NCBI GenBank assembly: GCA_013265495.1
Contig: MU058034.1
Location: 186,001-250,000, forward strand
Direction of reading: 5' to 3'
DNA: 64,000 nt
From: Vicugna vicugna
Lineage: Eukaryota
Positions within the stretch are counted from its first letter, which is position 1, and the number at the start of each line of letters is the position of its first letter. The notes under the pieces are model-generated. The model did no database searches. It was given only the letters and a program-made list of their open reading frames with translations, and was not told where the DNA came from. Below are positions 38,135 to 52,050 of this stretch, piece by piece. A program made the translations under genes and the position numbers.

Positions 38135-41100
38135 GGACAAGAGACTCACTTAAGCTTTAAGGACATTTATAAACTGAAAGTGAAGGAATGGAAAAGATAT
38201 TTCATGCAAATAGAAACCAAAAGAGAAGAGGGGTAGCTATACTTATTTTATACTAAATGGACTTGAAGTCAAGAGCTATAATGAGAGACAAAACCTGTAA
38301 TGAGAGACAAAAATGAAAGTGTCAATTCATCAAGAGGATATAACAATTTTAAATATATATGAACCCAGTATCGGAGGACCTAAATCCATTAAATAATTAT
38401 TAACATATCTGTAGGCAAAATTAGACAGCAATGCAATAATGGTAGCAGTCTTCAATATCTCACTTTCAACAATAAATAAATCATTCAGACAGAAAATCAA
38501 TAAGGAAATAATGGACTTGAACTATACTTTAAACCAAATGGACCTAACAGACATATACAAAATATTCTATCAAAAAAATACACATTTACTCAAATGTACA
38601 TGGAACATTCTCTAGTACAGGTCATAGGTTAGGCCACAAAACAAGTGTTAACAAATTTAAGAAGATTGAAATCATACCAAGTGTTTTTTCTGATCACAGT
38701 GGTAATACACTAGAAGTAAATAACAGGAGGAAAGATGAAAAAGTCACAAATATGTGGAAATTAAACAACAATATATATGAATAACCCAGGGTCAAAAAAA
38801 GATATCAAAAAAATAAAAAATATTCTGAGACAAATGAAAATGAAAGCACATCATACCAAAACTTATGGGATGGAACAAAGTAAGTTCTAAGAAAGAACTT
38901 CATAGGATAAATGTCTAAGGAAAAAGAAAGATTGCAAATAAACAAACTAATCTTACCCCTCAAGGGTCTAGAAAAAGAAGAACAAACAACCCAAGGTTAG
39001 CAGAAGGAAAGAAATAACAAATACCAGAGCGAAAATAAACAAAAGTTAAGAAAACAATAGAAAAGATCAATGAAACTAAAGCTGTTTTATTTTTTAAAGC
39101 TAAACAAAATTGACAAGACTTTATCTAGGTAAACAAAAAAAAAAGGGAGGTGTCTAAGTTAATAAAATTATGAATTAAAGAGGAGATATCACAGCTGATA
39201 CCACAGGAAATACAAAGGATCATAAGAGACCACTGTGAACAACTGCACACCAACAAATTTGATAACTTAGAAGAAATGAATGGATTGCTAGACACAAACA
39301 ACTTACTAAAGCTAATGAATTAGTAACAAAACCTGAGCAGACTAATCATGAGTAGAGATTAAATCAGTAATCAAAAATCTCCCAACCGATAAAAATCCAG
39401 GACCAGATAGATTCACTGGTGAATTCTACCAGATACTTAAAGAAAATGAGTATCAATCCATCTCAATTAAATGTAAGGCCTGAAACCATAAACTCCTGGA
39501 AGAAAACATAGGTGAAAAGACCTTGACAAAGGTCTTGGCAGTGATTTCTTAGAAAGAACACCGAAAGTCCAAGCAACACAAGTTAAAATAAGTAACTGGG
39601 ACTACATCAAACTAAAGAACTTCTGCAGAACAAAGATAATAATCAGTAAAATAAGTCAAACCAGAGAATAGGAGAAAATATTTGAAAACCTTATATTTGA
39701 TAAAGGGTTAATATTCAAATAATTTTTTTTTAAAAAAACTCATGCAGTTCAATAGCAAAATGGCCAATAATCTAATTTCAAAATCGGTAAAGGGCCTGAA
39801 TTGACATTTTTCCAAAGAAGTCATTCAGATTGCCAGTAGGTATTGACAAGGTATTCAGCATCACTAATCAGCAGGGAAATACTAATCAAAACCACAATGA
39901 GCTATCACCTTACACCTGTTAGGATAACTAGTATCAAAAAGCAAGAGATAACAAGTGTTGGCAAGGATGTGGAGAAGAGGGAACCCTTTCACACTGTTGA
40001 TGGGAATGTAAATTGGCACAGACCTTAATGCAAATTATATGTTTGTTTCTAACAAAATTAAAAATATAACTACCCTATGATCCACTAATCCCACTTCTGA
40101 GCATGTAACTATCCTGTTTTTCTAAAGTTAACACCACTTCACTTTTTAAAAAGACCTACATTAGTACCTGTTTTTGCTCATCTAAAGAAACTTGAAGAAG
40201 ATTTTTGCTTTTATGAATGGTGAGAAGCACAAATAACATTCAGGGTTCATTTTGCAGTGAGCCATTATAGAGGCCCCCCCCCCCCGAACAGTGGCAGTGG
40301 CACTGCTAGGCTCCTTCTACACTCAGCATCTCAGCACCAAGCCACCATCCCTCTGAGCTGTGCCTGTGAGCATTTGTGCTTTATACAGATTTATATTTTA
40401 CATCCCTTAGCAAGATGTGTCCCAAGGTAATTGCTCCTTTATTTTAGACTGAGGAAAGATTTCATAGGAACACTCATCTTTCAGATAGGTTGAGAAAACC
40501 TGTATCTTGAAAGGAAACAAAATCACCGTCTGAAAGCGGTATCCGTACACCTATGCTTATTTCAGCATTATTCATCGTAGCCACGATTTAAAAACAACCT
40601 GGATGTCTCTTAACAGATGAATGAATGGATAAAGAAAATGTAGTGTGTTTACACACGTGCACGTGCATGTGCACGCACGCGCACACACACACACACACAC
40701 AGGAATATCATTCAGCCATGAGGAATAAAGAAATCCTGTCACTTGAGACAATATGATGGACCTTGAGGTCGTTGTGCTAAGTGAGATAAACCAGACATTG
40801 GATGACAGATACTGCATGTTATCACCTGTGTGCTGAATCTAAAAATCCAAATTCATAGAAACAGACAATGAAACAATGGGTGTCAGGTGCTGGGTGTTAG
40901 GGGAAATGGTGAGACTTTGGTTACAGGGTACAAACTTTCATTCATAAAAAGAATCAGTTTTGAAGATCTAATGTACAACATGGTGATTATAGTTAATATT
41001 TCTGAATTGTGTACTTGAAAGATGATGAGAGTAGGTCTTAAGTCTAACCATAAAGAGGTCTAACCACAAAAAGAAAAAAATAAAATTAACTATATGAAGT

Positions 41101-41260
41101 AATTCATATGTTAATTATCTTCATCTTGGTAATCATTTCACAATATATATTTACACCAAATTACCATGTTGTACACTTTAAACATATACAACCATATTTG
41201 TTAATTTTCCCTCAAAAATAGAAAAAATATAAAATTGAAAAATTGAAATAATAAAAAAGA
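38135..41260 (+). mobile_element. Decayed LINE-1: endonuclease region to just before the RT, RT deleted (junction near 39466), then C-terminus and 3' UTR
   Basis: caagagactcac (QETH) EN region, ccaggaccagatagattcactggtgaattctaccag, jump to ttaaatgtaaggcctgaaaccataaa. ORF 39843..40028 gives IKTTMSYHLTPVR and VGKDVEKRE. A-rich tail near 41215-41260. Confidence 0.93.
40653..40701. repeat. Alternating purine-pyrimidine (CA/CG/TG) tract ending in (CA)n
   Basis: acacgtgcacgtgcatgtgcacgcacgcgcacacacacacacacacaca inside the L1 3' region. Confidence 0.9.
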
Positions 41261-42984
41261 GGGTATGTTTCTGTTACAGGTATGATCAGTGACATGGAAA
41301 AGATCCTGGCTTTTTGGCCAGATAGGTGTCCAAATTTTGTCTCTACCAGTTAATGCTTGTGTATTAGTGTAAAAAACACTAAATCTCTCTCAGATAATTT
41401 TTTAAAAGCCACAGAATCTGAAATATAATAGGTACTTGAATCAAGTTGGTTTCTCTTTCTTTTCCTGATCCTAAGTATTGTTAAAAGTTATTTCTGAGAT
41501 AGAATCAGTTTCATAATTTAAATCATAAAATGCTTGAGACATTTTTGAGAGAAAATAGCGAATTTCAGGAGGCTACAGGAAAATATCTGAATCATATCGA
41601 TTGGGAAGAATGTGCCCAAGCCTTTGTATGGGTGGGAGAGCGGGAACAAGAGTACAGATTTTCTCTAAAATCAAGTGATCCAACCAGAAATTCTAAGGTG
41701 GTGAAATAAAGCTCCTCTTCTGTATTCAAATTTCTATCTGAATGCTAAGATAGACATATTATATATATTTGTTTTTATAATTTCTAGACGTAGTCCTTGA
41801 CAAAATTTTTAAATAAGTAAAGTTTATATTTATTCATTTACCTTTCAACTATTTGCTCTTTCTTCCTGACTCCAAGTGTCTTCTGTGCCCCTTTCTGGAA
41901 ACTTCTTTCAGTAACTTTTTGGAACATAAATTGTTTTTGTTTAAAAATACAGAGGCTTCAGTATCCAAATAAATCATCTTCATTCATGGAAAAACATGGG
42001 ACAGAGTGCATCTAATTAAGTGAGGTCTCTAATAATTTTCACTCAGATTTTATCATGTACACATTTGTGTGTTTTTAATTGGCTTTTAAATGATTTTCTG
42101 TGGATTCTACTGAACTTCATGTTCAGGTAGAAAATTATGACAATAAAACTCATTTAAAGATAAACCACTAATAACTGTTAACATAGAGTACATTCTTCCA
42201 GAGTATTTTCCATATGCAAATATGCTTTCCCTTGAATAGAATGACGTTACTTATGCTAATTTATACCCAGATGCTTTTTTTATTTTTTAAATATCACAGA
42301 AAGATTTCTATGTCAATATATATATATGTGTCATTGTGTTATTTTTTTCTAATGACCTTGTAATATTCCAGGATATAAGTGTACCTCTAGTATTCTTGGA
42401 TATTAGGGATGAAATGATTCAAAATGAAATGAATTCTTTAGTCATGACAACTCTCTGAACACTGAACTCACACTGTCTGGCATTTTCAGTTGTTTTACTT
42501 GAAAGAAAAATCTTGGAAAGCACATCATATGGTGAAATGTCATTTTGAGACAACATTTCCCACACTAAAATTATTGGCTTCTTTATCTTTTCCAAATTTA
42601 ACTCCCAATTTAAATAACATTTTCATATTAATTTGCTTTCTTATTTACAGAAAAATTAAGAGTCTTAGTTGCATCAGAGTGGGAAGAGCTGGAGTTCTAG
42701 AGGCACTCTGGACTCAGACTTGGTCTGTGATGCTTGATTTTGAGAAACTAAGTGTATTTCCCTCTCTTCATTCAGACAGTGAGTGATAACCTGAATTTCC
42801 TTACATTGATACCAAATGACCTACTTCTTTTTATGGTACTATGAGAACAACCATGAAAACGCATTAAAACAGAAGCAGAAAGCAGAGAACTCTTTCCTAC
42901 CCCCTGAAAAGCAGGGGGTAGCAAGCGTTGAACTTTGTGATTATGTCTATGTGCGTATGTGCATGCAGATGACCCTGAAAATAC

Positions 42985-43430
42985 TTTTTTTGTATTTCAA
43001 AACTGTTGAATTCAAAATAATTTCAGATTTTAAAAAGTCACAAAATTATTTAAAGAAATCCTGTAAACCCTTCACCCAGATTCTTTCTTTTACTATGTAT
43101 GTATTTACATAAACACTTATATATACACAAACATAGGTTTTTTTTCTGAACATTTGAGAATAAATGATAATGCCCCTTTAACCTTAAATACTCTTAATTT
43201 TTATTTATACAAAAAAGGATATTCTTTTATAAAACTGTAACAATGATAAAATCAATAAATTTATATAGATACAATACTATTAAATCTACAGACTATGTTC
43301 AAGTTTTGCCAACTGTTCTACTAATGTTTTTCAAGGAGGAGGAAAAAATCCTGATCCAGGATCCAATCTGAGATCACACATTGCTTTACTTGGTCTGGTT
43401 TGTCTTATTTTATCTAGAAAATTTCCTCAG

Positions 43431-43464
<34 letters not shown>

Positions 43465-46400
43465 TCTTTTATGGCCTTGACATTTTTAAGGAGTACAGGT
43501 CAGTTATTTTATAGACATTCCTTCACTTAGGTTTGTCTGGTATTTTCTCATGATTAAGTGCAGATTATGTATTCTAGGCAGTGATAATATGGAAGTGATT
43601 TTGTGTCCTTCACAGTGAAATGAATCAGGACCCACGTAATATCTGTTTGTCCTTTTAATGGCAGTAGTCACTTTGATCACTTGGTTAAGATAGTGTCACT
43701 TTGTAATTTATAAAGATCAATGATTGCCCCTAAGAGAATACTTTTACTCTATAAAAATTCCATATTCTTTGTCAAATTTCTTTAATGTTTTAGCATCCAT
43801 TGACTTTTCTTGCCCCAAACAATTATTACTCTGGTATTTTTAAACTTTTCTTAGTGATTTTTTTTCTTCCCTTTATTTATTCTACATTTATTAATTTGAA
43901 TTCTACTATAACAAAATACTTTCCATTTGTTCCCCCGGTTGGTTCGTTGGTTGGTTTTTATTACTGTAGATTTACAGATTTCTGTACTTATCCTCAGGGT
44001 TATAACATATTGCCATTAAGATTTATTTTGGTGATCTCATTTTCCAGATTTTGCCAATGGGATCCTCTCCAAGCTGGTGCTTGGCAAAATTTTGAATATG
44101 GTCGATAGATTTGATGATAATATTGTATCTATATTAATTTCCTGTATTGATTCATACGATAAACATTTCCTTCCTTTTTGGTAGTAAATGTTATTCTAGG
44201 CTCATCTTGAATATTCTCTGCTCCAATTTAAGAATGAATTGTTTATTCAGTTTGTCTGTTTTTATTAAAGTATGGTATTTAGGAACCAAGATCTGGGCTT
44301 GAGGTGTGCTCATTAGTGCTGTAATGACAAATAACTACATCTATGTACATACATTTATAGACACTTTCCTATATCTATTTCTAGCTTTATATTAAAATTC
44401 ATTAATTTATACTGATATTCCAATTGCAGTTTAACACTACAGGGTTCATTTTAGCCTTCCCCCTTTTTATTTTTTTATATCCTTACTTAGAGAGAAACTC
44501 AGCTTCCCTTATCCACAAATATTTGCTATTTCCTCAGCCTTAGAATATGCATTATATAGTTTTAAATTGCTAAATCATGCCATTGTGGAAAGCAAATTGA
44601 TATATGTATGTATATATCATACATATATATACATGTGTGTATATATAATTTTTACTTAAATCTGAAGATATATGTTAAAGTGTGAATTTCTAATATTATT
44701 TGAATTAGATTTTTTTCATGTAGGTTACTAATTTGAAATGTTTCTTCCTTACATATAGATTTTATGTATCTTTTTTGTGTGTCTAACATTAAAATTATTC
44801 TGAAAGTTAGAATTACACAAAATGATATACTTAAGGTATTCTTACTGCCCCTGTTCCTTTCCACACTTTCCTAAACTCCCAAACTTCCTTCCAACTCCCA
44901 GTCACCCCTTATCCATAGCCAGTTTCGTTAGCTTCTCTCTAGTGCTTCTTTTTTCTCAAATGCACAGATACCAGTACCATATATCCTCTTTTCTTTTATG
45001 TGAAGCATAGCATACCTTAGGTATCCTTTTGTACTTTCCTTTTTCCACTTAACACTGTATCCTGGATATCACTCCATATTGTACCTCTTTAAGATATCCT
45101 CTTTTTTTTTTTTTAACAACGAAGGAGTGTGGATGTATGCAAGTTTATTCACCTTCTCTCATGTATTGGTGTTTGGCTTGTTTTCAATTTTATGTATAAG
45201 CTTTTGGCTTGATTTCAATGTTTAGCAATTACAAAGACTGCTTCAAGGAGAATTTCTGGATGTTGACTTTCTGGGACAAAGATAACTGCATGTGCAGTTC
45301 TATTAATTAAATGTTGCCAAATTCTCCACTACAAAGTCAGCACCGGTTTGCATTCACAATAACAATGTTTGAGAGGGCCTGTTTCCTTACTTCACCCAGA
45401 GAATGTGATCATACTGTTTAATTTTTGCCAGTATGACTAGTAAGAAATGATATTTCAGTGTATTTGCATTTGCATTTCTTTTATTACAGTGGGGGATGAA
45501 CACTTTCCTTATGTTTAAAGGCTGTTTTGGGTCATTTTGTGAACTGCTTTCGCCTTTTGCTCATTTTTCTATCATGTAGTTCATCATTATTCCAATCCAA
45601 TCAGTGGGTTAGATATATACATATATATGTTCATAATATCATACATATGATGTTAACTCTTTATTAGTAATATAGTTTACAAATATTTGCACTAAGTTTG
45701 TCTGTTGTCTTTTGGGTTTATAGCATTTTATTTATTTTTGAATGTAGTCACATTCATCGGTCTTTGTGTCTGGGTTTTGAACTATAGTTTCAAAACCTTT
45801 CTATACAAACAGGACAAATGGGTTATAGCAGAATTCACGTATGTTTTCTTGTAATATGGTTTCATTTTTTACATTTAAAACTCTGATTCTTTTGAAATTT
45901 ATCCATGTGTATATTGTGAGATATGGATCTAATTTGGTCCTTTTTGACAATTGGCTAGTGCCAATTTATTTATTAAAATATTTAGTGAAAAGATCATCTT
46001 TGCCCAGTTATTTGAGATTTCCTCTTTACCATTTACTAAATTTCCTGTTTAATATATGTTTTGTTGCATGAGGGTTTTTTTTGTTTGTTTGTTTATTTGT
46101 TTAATTCTGCTCCATTGTTGCCTTACTTGATCTGTTTTGGAGAAGTGTAATGCCTGGTTAATTCCTTTGATCTTGTAAGTTATGTGATATAAAAAGCCAC
46201 AAAGGCACCAAGAATGTTTTCTTTGTCAATTAAATTAGTACATTTATTTACACAGATATGTCCTGCAGTTGCTAATTCTTGGCCAGTTTTTCTGGATATC
46301 CATTGGGCCCTTCTGGTATGCAAATTCCAATCTATTGTTTTCAATAAATTTTCCTGGATTTCAGTCTTAAATATTAATAATGATCCATATTGTATGTCTT

Positions 46401-47480
46401 TGCCTGTGTTCAATTTCAGCTACTTTCTCTTGATCTGTTTTTTATTTATCTCATTCTCATTTTCCTGGTGTTTTCTCTGCCTTTCTTCAACTCCTTATTA
46501 GATTTTCATTGGAGTCTATTATCCTTTGACATTTATTAAATTTAGTCTTCAGGTATGAGATCATTTTTGTCTTTTTCTTCCATTTATTTTTTAATTGAAT
46601 CAACTACTTCTCTTTTTAAAAGTTTTTTTCTACTTATTGTCTGTTTTTGTTTTTGTTTTTTTTAACATTTTAATTTCTGAGTTAAGGTGTCTTTCTTCAT
46701 ATGCTTAAATGTTTAACTTATTTTGAGGTGTTGGGTTTTAGTTTTGTTTTGCTTTGTGGTTGATTTTTGTAGTTGGGTATGAGGATTGGGGTTTCATCAG
46801 CCTAGGTGCCTCAGTGCTTTTTCTGTTCTGTTGTACTTGTGTAGATTTATGTAGTTTTCATGTGATCCTTTAGAATATCTTTGGTGTATAAAATTCAGTA
46901 TTTAATGGTATTCTTTTATATTTCTTCTGTTTCTGTTTTTATATATTGGAGAGGGAGGGGGATTGAATGACCTCTAATTTGTTGCTTCTTTTTCCTTGTA
47001 GGAGGACCCTAAATTTCCCATTTGCTTATTTTTTATCAACAGTCTCTTAAAGCACCTCCCCCTCCTCTCTACCTTCTTTCCCAGACATATTATGACTTCA
47101 GATTGTAACCTCAAATGGCACGTACTTTCCTGTAGTAAGTGTTCTCAGCTACCATGTCTCTTTTTCAGTCTTTGTACACTAAGAGTGAACTTTCTTTCTC
47201 TTTTTAGCAGCATTTTATAAGTTCAGTTGTATATCTGCCACTGGCTCACCTCTTCTCTCTTTCCTGCCTTCTTTACTCCTCGCAAAGGTGATTTGGGGTT
47301 TTTGTTGTTGTTGTTTTTGTTTCTTGTTCTCTGCTATTTTCAATCATGAGCAGTTTAGTGTATTTCTGTGGTTTTGTTTTGCTTGTTATTTATTGTTCTT
47401 GGCATACACGTGGGACATGTCATTATTCTCCACTGTTTGAAGGTCTTTAAAAGTAAACACACACAGGTATTTAGCTGTCA
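42985..47480 (-). mobile_element. Composite of ancient L1 (L1MC/ME-type) fragments; includes T31 at 43433-43463 and a TA-rich patch near 44600-44650
   Basis: aaataatttcagattt.aaaaagt, cccttcacccagattc, ccaggatccaatc..gatcacacattg, gagtacaggtcagttatttt, gaaccaagatctggg, tttgcattcacaataacaatg. Confidence 0.75.
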
Positions 47481-48089
47481 TTTAATTTATGTTCCCTGGA
47501 ACTCATGAAATCATGAGTTTGCAAAACTGTTTAGAACAACATTTTTAAGTGATATCCCCTCTGTAATCTCTTCCTTCCTCCCCATTCAGTCCTACCAGGG
47601 AAAGCCTACGAGCCTCATTCTAATTAAGTCGCTTCCCTACTCAGACGTCCTCAGGGGTATCGCTATTCATCTTCAAATACACTTAAAATTCTACACAGGA
47701 GTTTGTGGGATCCCAGGTCGCCTGCTTTTCCTCTTCATTTCTGCTTATTCCCATGAAGCTAACCCAGGTTTGTTCTCTACTTACCGTTCACTCAGACTAA
47801 GCTGCCAGTCTGTTCATTCCATGATGCTACCTTTCAGCTGTCACCGTTTCCTTGTCACCTGGAAAACAGTTCTCAGGAATAACGTTGAGTGAGCATTACC
47901 AGAATAAGCTGACTCTGTACTGGCCACACTGGTTAATGGGAAGTCCATTCATCCTTTTGTGGCATTTTCATGCTCTCTTATGCTGGGTTTCTCTTTTCCT
48001 TGGCATCAGTATTTTAATGTGGATACTTAGCAGTCTTCCTTAATTCTCTCTACTGTCTATGCTATAAACAAAGGGCCTTCTTTTGGTTG

Positions 48090-48290
48090 ATGTGCTCAAG
48101 TCCTACGTCCTCTGTCCGTACTATATCACTTTTACTCTGCAACAACTCTATGAGGTGTGTACTTTCACTAACCCATAGTTTAAAGATATAAAAGAGAAAT
48201 CAAGTTACAGGGAGAGGAAGTCACTGAGTTCCTACAGCTAGCAATTGATACGAGGTTTTGAATTCAGATAGCCTGTTTTCAGAATAATCT
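48090..48290 (-). mobile_element. MIR
   Basis: caacaactctatgaggt, acagctagcaattg, ttttgaattcagatagcctg. Confidence 0.6.
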
Positions 48291-51200
48291 GTATGTTGCA
48301 TAGGGTGAATATATTTCATTGATTCTGAAAATTTCGAGAAATATAACACAGCATCCTAAGCTTTACAATGAGAAAAGTTTGCCTTACAGAACAGTAGGTA
48401 AATGAGATATCTGATTTTAATTAAAAGGGCAATAGTATGCTGTAGTTCAGATATTAAATAATTATAATCTGTAATATCAGTGGTTTTGAAAATTAATTTA
48501 TGCTTATTGAGATATAAACAAATATTAATTATACTCCAAGAGGGAGAGGGATTAATACAGAATTCATTAATAGGAGATTGCCCTGATTTATTTTTAAATT
48601 TATTTAGATTGTGTCTACGTAATTGAGGGATATTTGGGGTTTTTTTGGTGCAAGAGTTGTCTGATTCAACAAGAAATGATTAGATGGAAAGTACACATTC
48701 ACCTGATGAATTTACTTAACAGAAGCGATTACAGTCAACACAGTCCACTATTAATAGGTATTCGCAGCCACATCCCCATGCAGACTGCGGACCCCATAAA
48801 CACCTGCCCAGGCTGGGGATGCTGTGAAGTCATGAGTCAGAAATCAGGGAGAACCTGAAAGGCTCATTTGACACTCGGTCATGATCACAACCCTGTTTAT
48901 TATTAATGAATTTTATCACAAATATGAACTAAAATGAATTTGAAATGAAATGGTCATGCACCATCTATAAATACAAATTATTCAAAATTTAAAAACTTAA
49001 AAGTAAGGCCATCAAAAAACACGTTTTTATATCATCAAATTTTGTTTAAATGAGGCCCATTGCGATTGAAATGACCTTACAATCATCTGTGTGAAACAAA
49101 GACCGAGGTCTATAGTCTGAGAGAATTTGACGTAACATGTATCTTCCAGCACCGAAGTGTTCTTACTGAAGAGTCTTTATGTTTGCAGAGAAATCATGAC
49201 AGCTGAAAAACTCTTAGCGTTCATGCCTGCCATTTTCTCGTTTTATGAAAGTGACATTCATCGTAGGTTAATTGATAGAAACTGAGCAATTAATGAGGTT
49301 GTGAGACTTCATCTGCAGAAGCAGAGTAAGCAGGAGACCTTAAAATTTGAGTCCCACAGACTCAACAGAGTCAAAACAGAATAAGAGAGGAAAGTCCTGA
49401 ATCCACATTTACCTAAATTGGCCCAACAGTTTCAATGCCACATCGACAAAAAGCCACTCCTTTCTGTGTTAGATACTTTCCTTACATTTCATCAGGAGCA
49501 AGATACTCGATGGGAACGTCTAGTATTGAATGCTTTGGGATTTCAAATGCTGTCCACACGTCGGAATCTACCGTAGGGATTTCCTCTTAAAGAAATCACT
49601 CCTCCTCACCTTGGAATGCATGACGGATGCTTGTCCTGACTGTGTGCTGTGGTATAACTATTTTAATGTCCTAACAGGAAAATGCCAATTAAAGGAGCAA
49701 AAGGCCTGAAAATAAAGTTTTTGTGTCAAAAGCATAGCTTTAGAAATGCTTTTCTCCTAAATATATTGATTAACCACACTACTGAAATGGAAACTGTAAT
49801 TCTGCATGACCAAAGGCTCTATATAATTTGAGCAGATAATATGCATATAAATATAACAATAAGTGAGACAAAATTGTCCCTCAGGATATCCGTGTCCCAC
49901 ATACTGCCTAGCATCATTCTTTGCCGTTTGTTGACTCACTGACTCCCACCAGCTGGGAGGGGTGTTGATGGGTGTCAGCCACAGGGTTAAGTCAGGGTGT
50001 GGGGGTTCAGCCAGTCATGGGCCCCAGGCGCTCACATACCCACTTAATGTTCAAAGAGGCCAGGACTAACTCCCCTGTCTCTGTACTCCCAGCCTACTTC
50101 TTTTTACTCAACTCACTAAAAGAGCAAAATAGTTAGATCCACTGAGACATTAAGTATGAGTCAATGAACTGCAAAAACTCAAAGCCTTCAGTCACTCACA
50201 GCACCTTGAATATTGACAGTATCTTTAATCACATATGCCGTGTGGAGAAATGTGTTAGGAAAGGCAGTGGCCTGAGAAGGGGACACCACTGTCATGGCAC
50301 TCTGCTCTCCCTTAATCACGAGGACCCTAAGAAGGTTTAGCCCTCTTGTTTCAAAATAATGTATATAGTTGTTTGCTGTTTTTTCTGACTTTAGAAGAAA
50401 TATGTTCTCGTTTTGGAGAACATGGAAAATGGAGAAAAATGTAAAAAGCCGCAATCAAAAACCACTCATACCCAAAAAGAACCTCCTGAACAATTTTTGA
50501 GGTAATTTTCTCTAAAATCTTTGTGTGCCTGTGCACATGTGCACATATTTGTATGTATGCCTGTTTTGTACAATAAAAATGTGCTCTCCAAAAGGGGATA
50601 TAAAGGAAATCATTTTCACCTTTCCAAACTAAATTGTTAAGGGTCATTCTTGTACTGGAAAATCATATCACTCAATTTAAATAGAAATTATTTTACCAAG
50701 CAATTGTCTGAACAAACCGAAGCTGTCTAATTACAGTCTTACGTATTATACTCTTAAAAACCTTGCTAGATTTACAGATCAAAGCATGTAACGCAACACC
50801 TGGGTTACTACAGAGATGCCTAATTTTAACAAGATTTTTTAAAATAACAGTAAATTCATTTGTTTTTTTTTTTTAATGAGTATGCTGAAGACTTAGCATA
50901 ACTTAAACACCCACAAACACTTCTTGGATTTGTTCTGTGGGACAAATACAGGTACAAGATATTACATGCCTTTTAATTTGCTACATTTTCCAATCTCAGT
51001 TCTTTTATTCTTCTGATGCATCCTCTGTACTGTTTTCTCAGTTTAGAATTGTTGGTGAAAAAGTTATATTCTTCAAGCTTTTTATACCTGACTTGCCAAA
51101 CTGATAATGAGAATATATATGTATATATATATATATATATACTTATAGACATGATGTGTGCATGTGTATATGTTTGTTCATTCATATCTCTGTTTTCTCT

Positions 51201-51829
51201 CTCTTTATGTATGTACTAACATAACACTAACATGAAGATACTTACAGCATTCATAGGTCAGAATCAAGGTCATCTGATTATGTAAAACATCATTCAGATT
51301 CATTTTTTTGAGATTCCCTGAGTGTTTGAGGAGGATATTTCTCTATCAATCTAGAAGCTTAGCATTGGGGCTGTTGATTTAACAGAATCTTTAAGAAACC
51401 ATTTAATTATTAATGAAACCAAAGTTTACCATCATTATTCTATTTTTTGAACTATCTTTGAGAAGCTCTGGGGTAACTGCGTGTTTCGGAAAATACCTGA
51501 CTTGTGTTAACCATGACAGTTTCATGTTGCCACTTGAAGGAAAGAGAGTGAAGAAGAGAGTGGATGTTAATTCTATCTGTAATAACAGCACAGCGATGGT
51601 ATATTGATTATGGCTTAAGCTGTGCCTAAATGCTGTGCTCAAGTCCTGTAAAAAGGCTGTCATCGTCCTTTGGAGGTACTTACAGCAGAATTTTTTAGCC
51701 AGATTCCCAAGAAACAGAAATGTTAGGATGCTGGAATGAAATTCAGGGTAGAGAGTGAGAAAACCTATTAGTAGTATGTGGGAAATAGACCATTCATCAG
51801 AGCACAGTGGAGCCGTGTCAGTGAGCAGA

Positions 51830-52050
51830 GCTGCAACGTGAACATCCGTAGATTCTTCCTGCTGCAGTGCTAGCCTTGCCTGACAGAGAGCATGCGGGAA
51901 GCCCAGGTCTCCTGGGATTGTTAAACTCCAGGATTTCCAGTGTGATTCCCATCTTCGTTTTGCTCTGTACATGTCCTATAATAACCCCTCCCTTTATTGA
52001 GCCAACCTGGGTCTCTGCACTTTGAACCATTGAAGCTTAACTAAAACTGT
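51830..52050 (+). mobile_element. Ancient LTR 3' fragment (family uncertain)
   Basis: ataataacccctccctttattgagccaacctgggtctctgcactttgaacca...aactaaaac resembles the 3' end of old ERVL/MaLR LTRs. Confidence 0.4.

Noticed and set aside
38279..38312. Short direct repeats (taatgagagacaaaa x2; others near 24601, 41042 and 45172)
   Set aside because: Ordinary slippage micro-duplications, mostly inside decayed L1.
31346..39466. An 8-kb inversion explaining the complementary L1 deletions
   Set aside because: Collinear MER5 halves and a degenerate TSD flank both ends of the 28233-33554 L1, so its termini are in their original arrangement.
47500..47519. Short hairpins such as aactcatga-aa-tcatgagtt (others near 12071-12092 and 16737-16757)
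   Set aside because: Arms of 7-9 bp occur by chance in 64 kb of AT-rich DNA, and nothing else supports them.
51403..51972. Longest ORF (189 aa, minus strand) as a protein-coding gene
   Set aside because: No recognisable domain, it starts inside a probable LTR remnant, its composition is typical of chance AT-rich ORFs, and there is no supporting gene structure.
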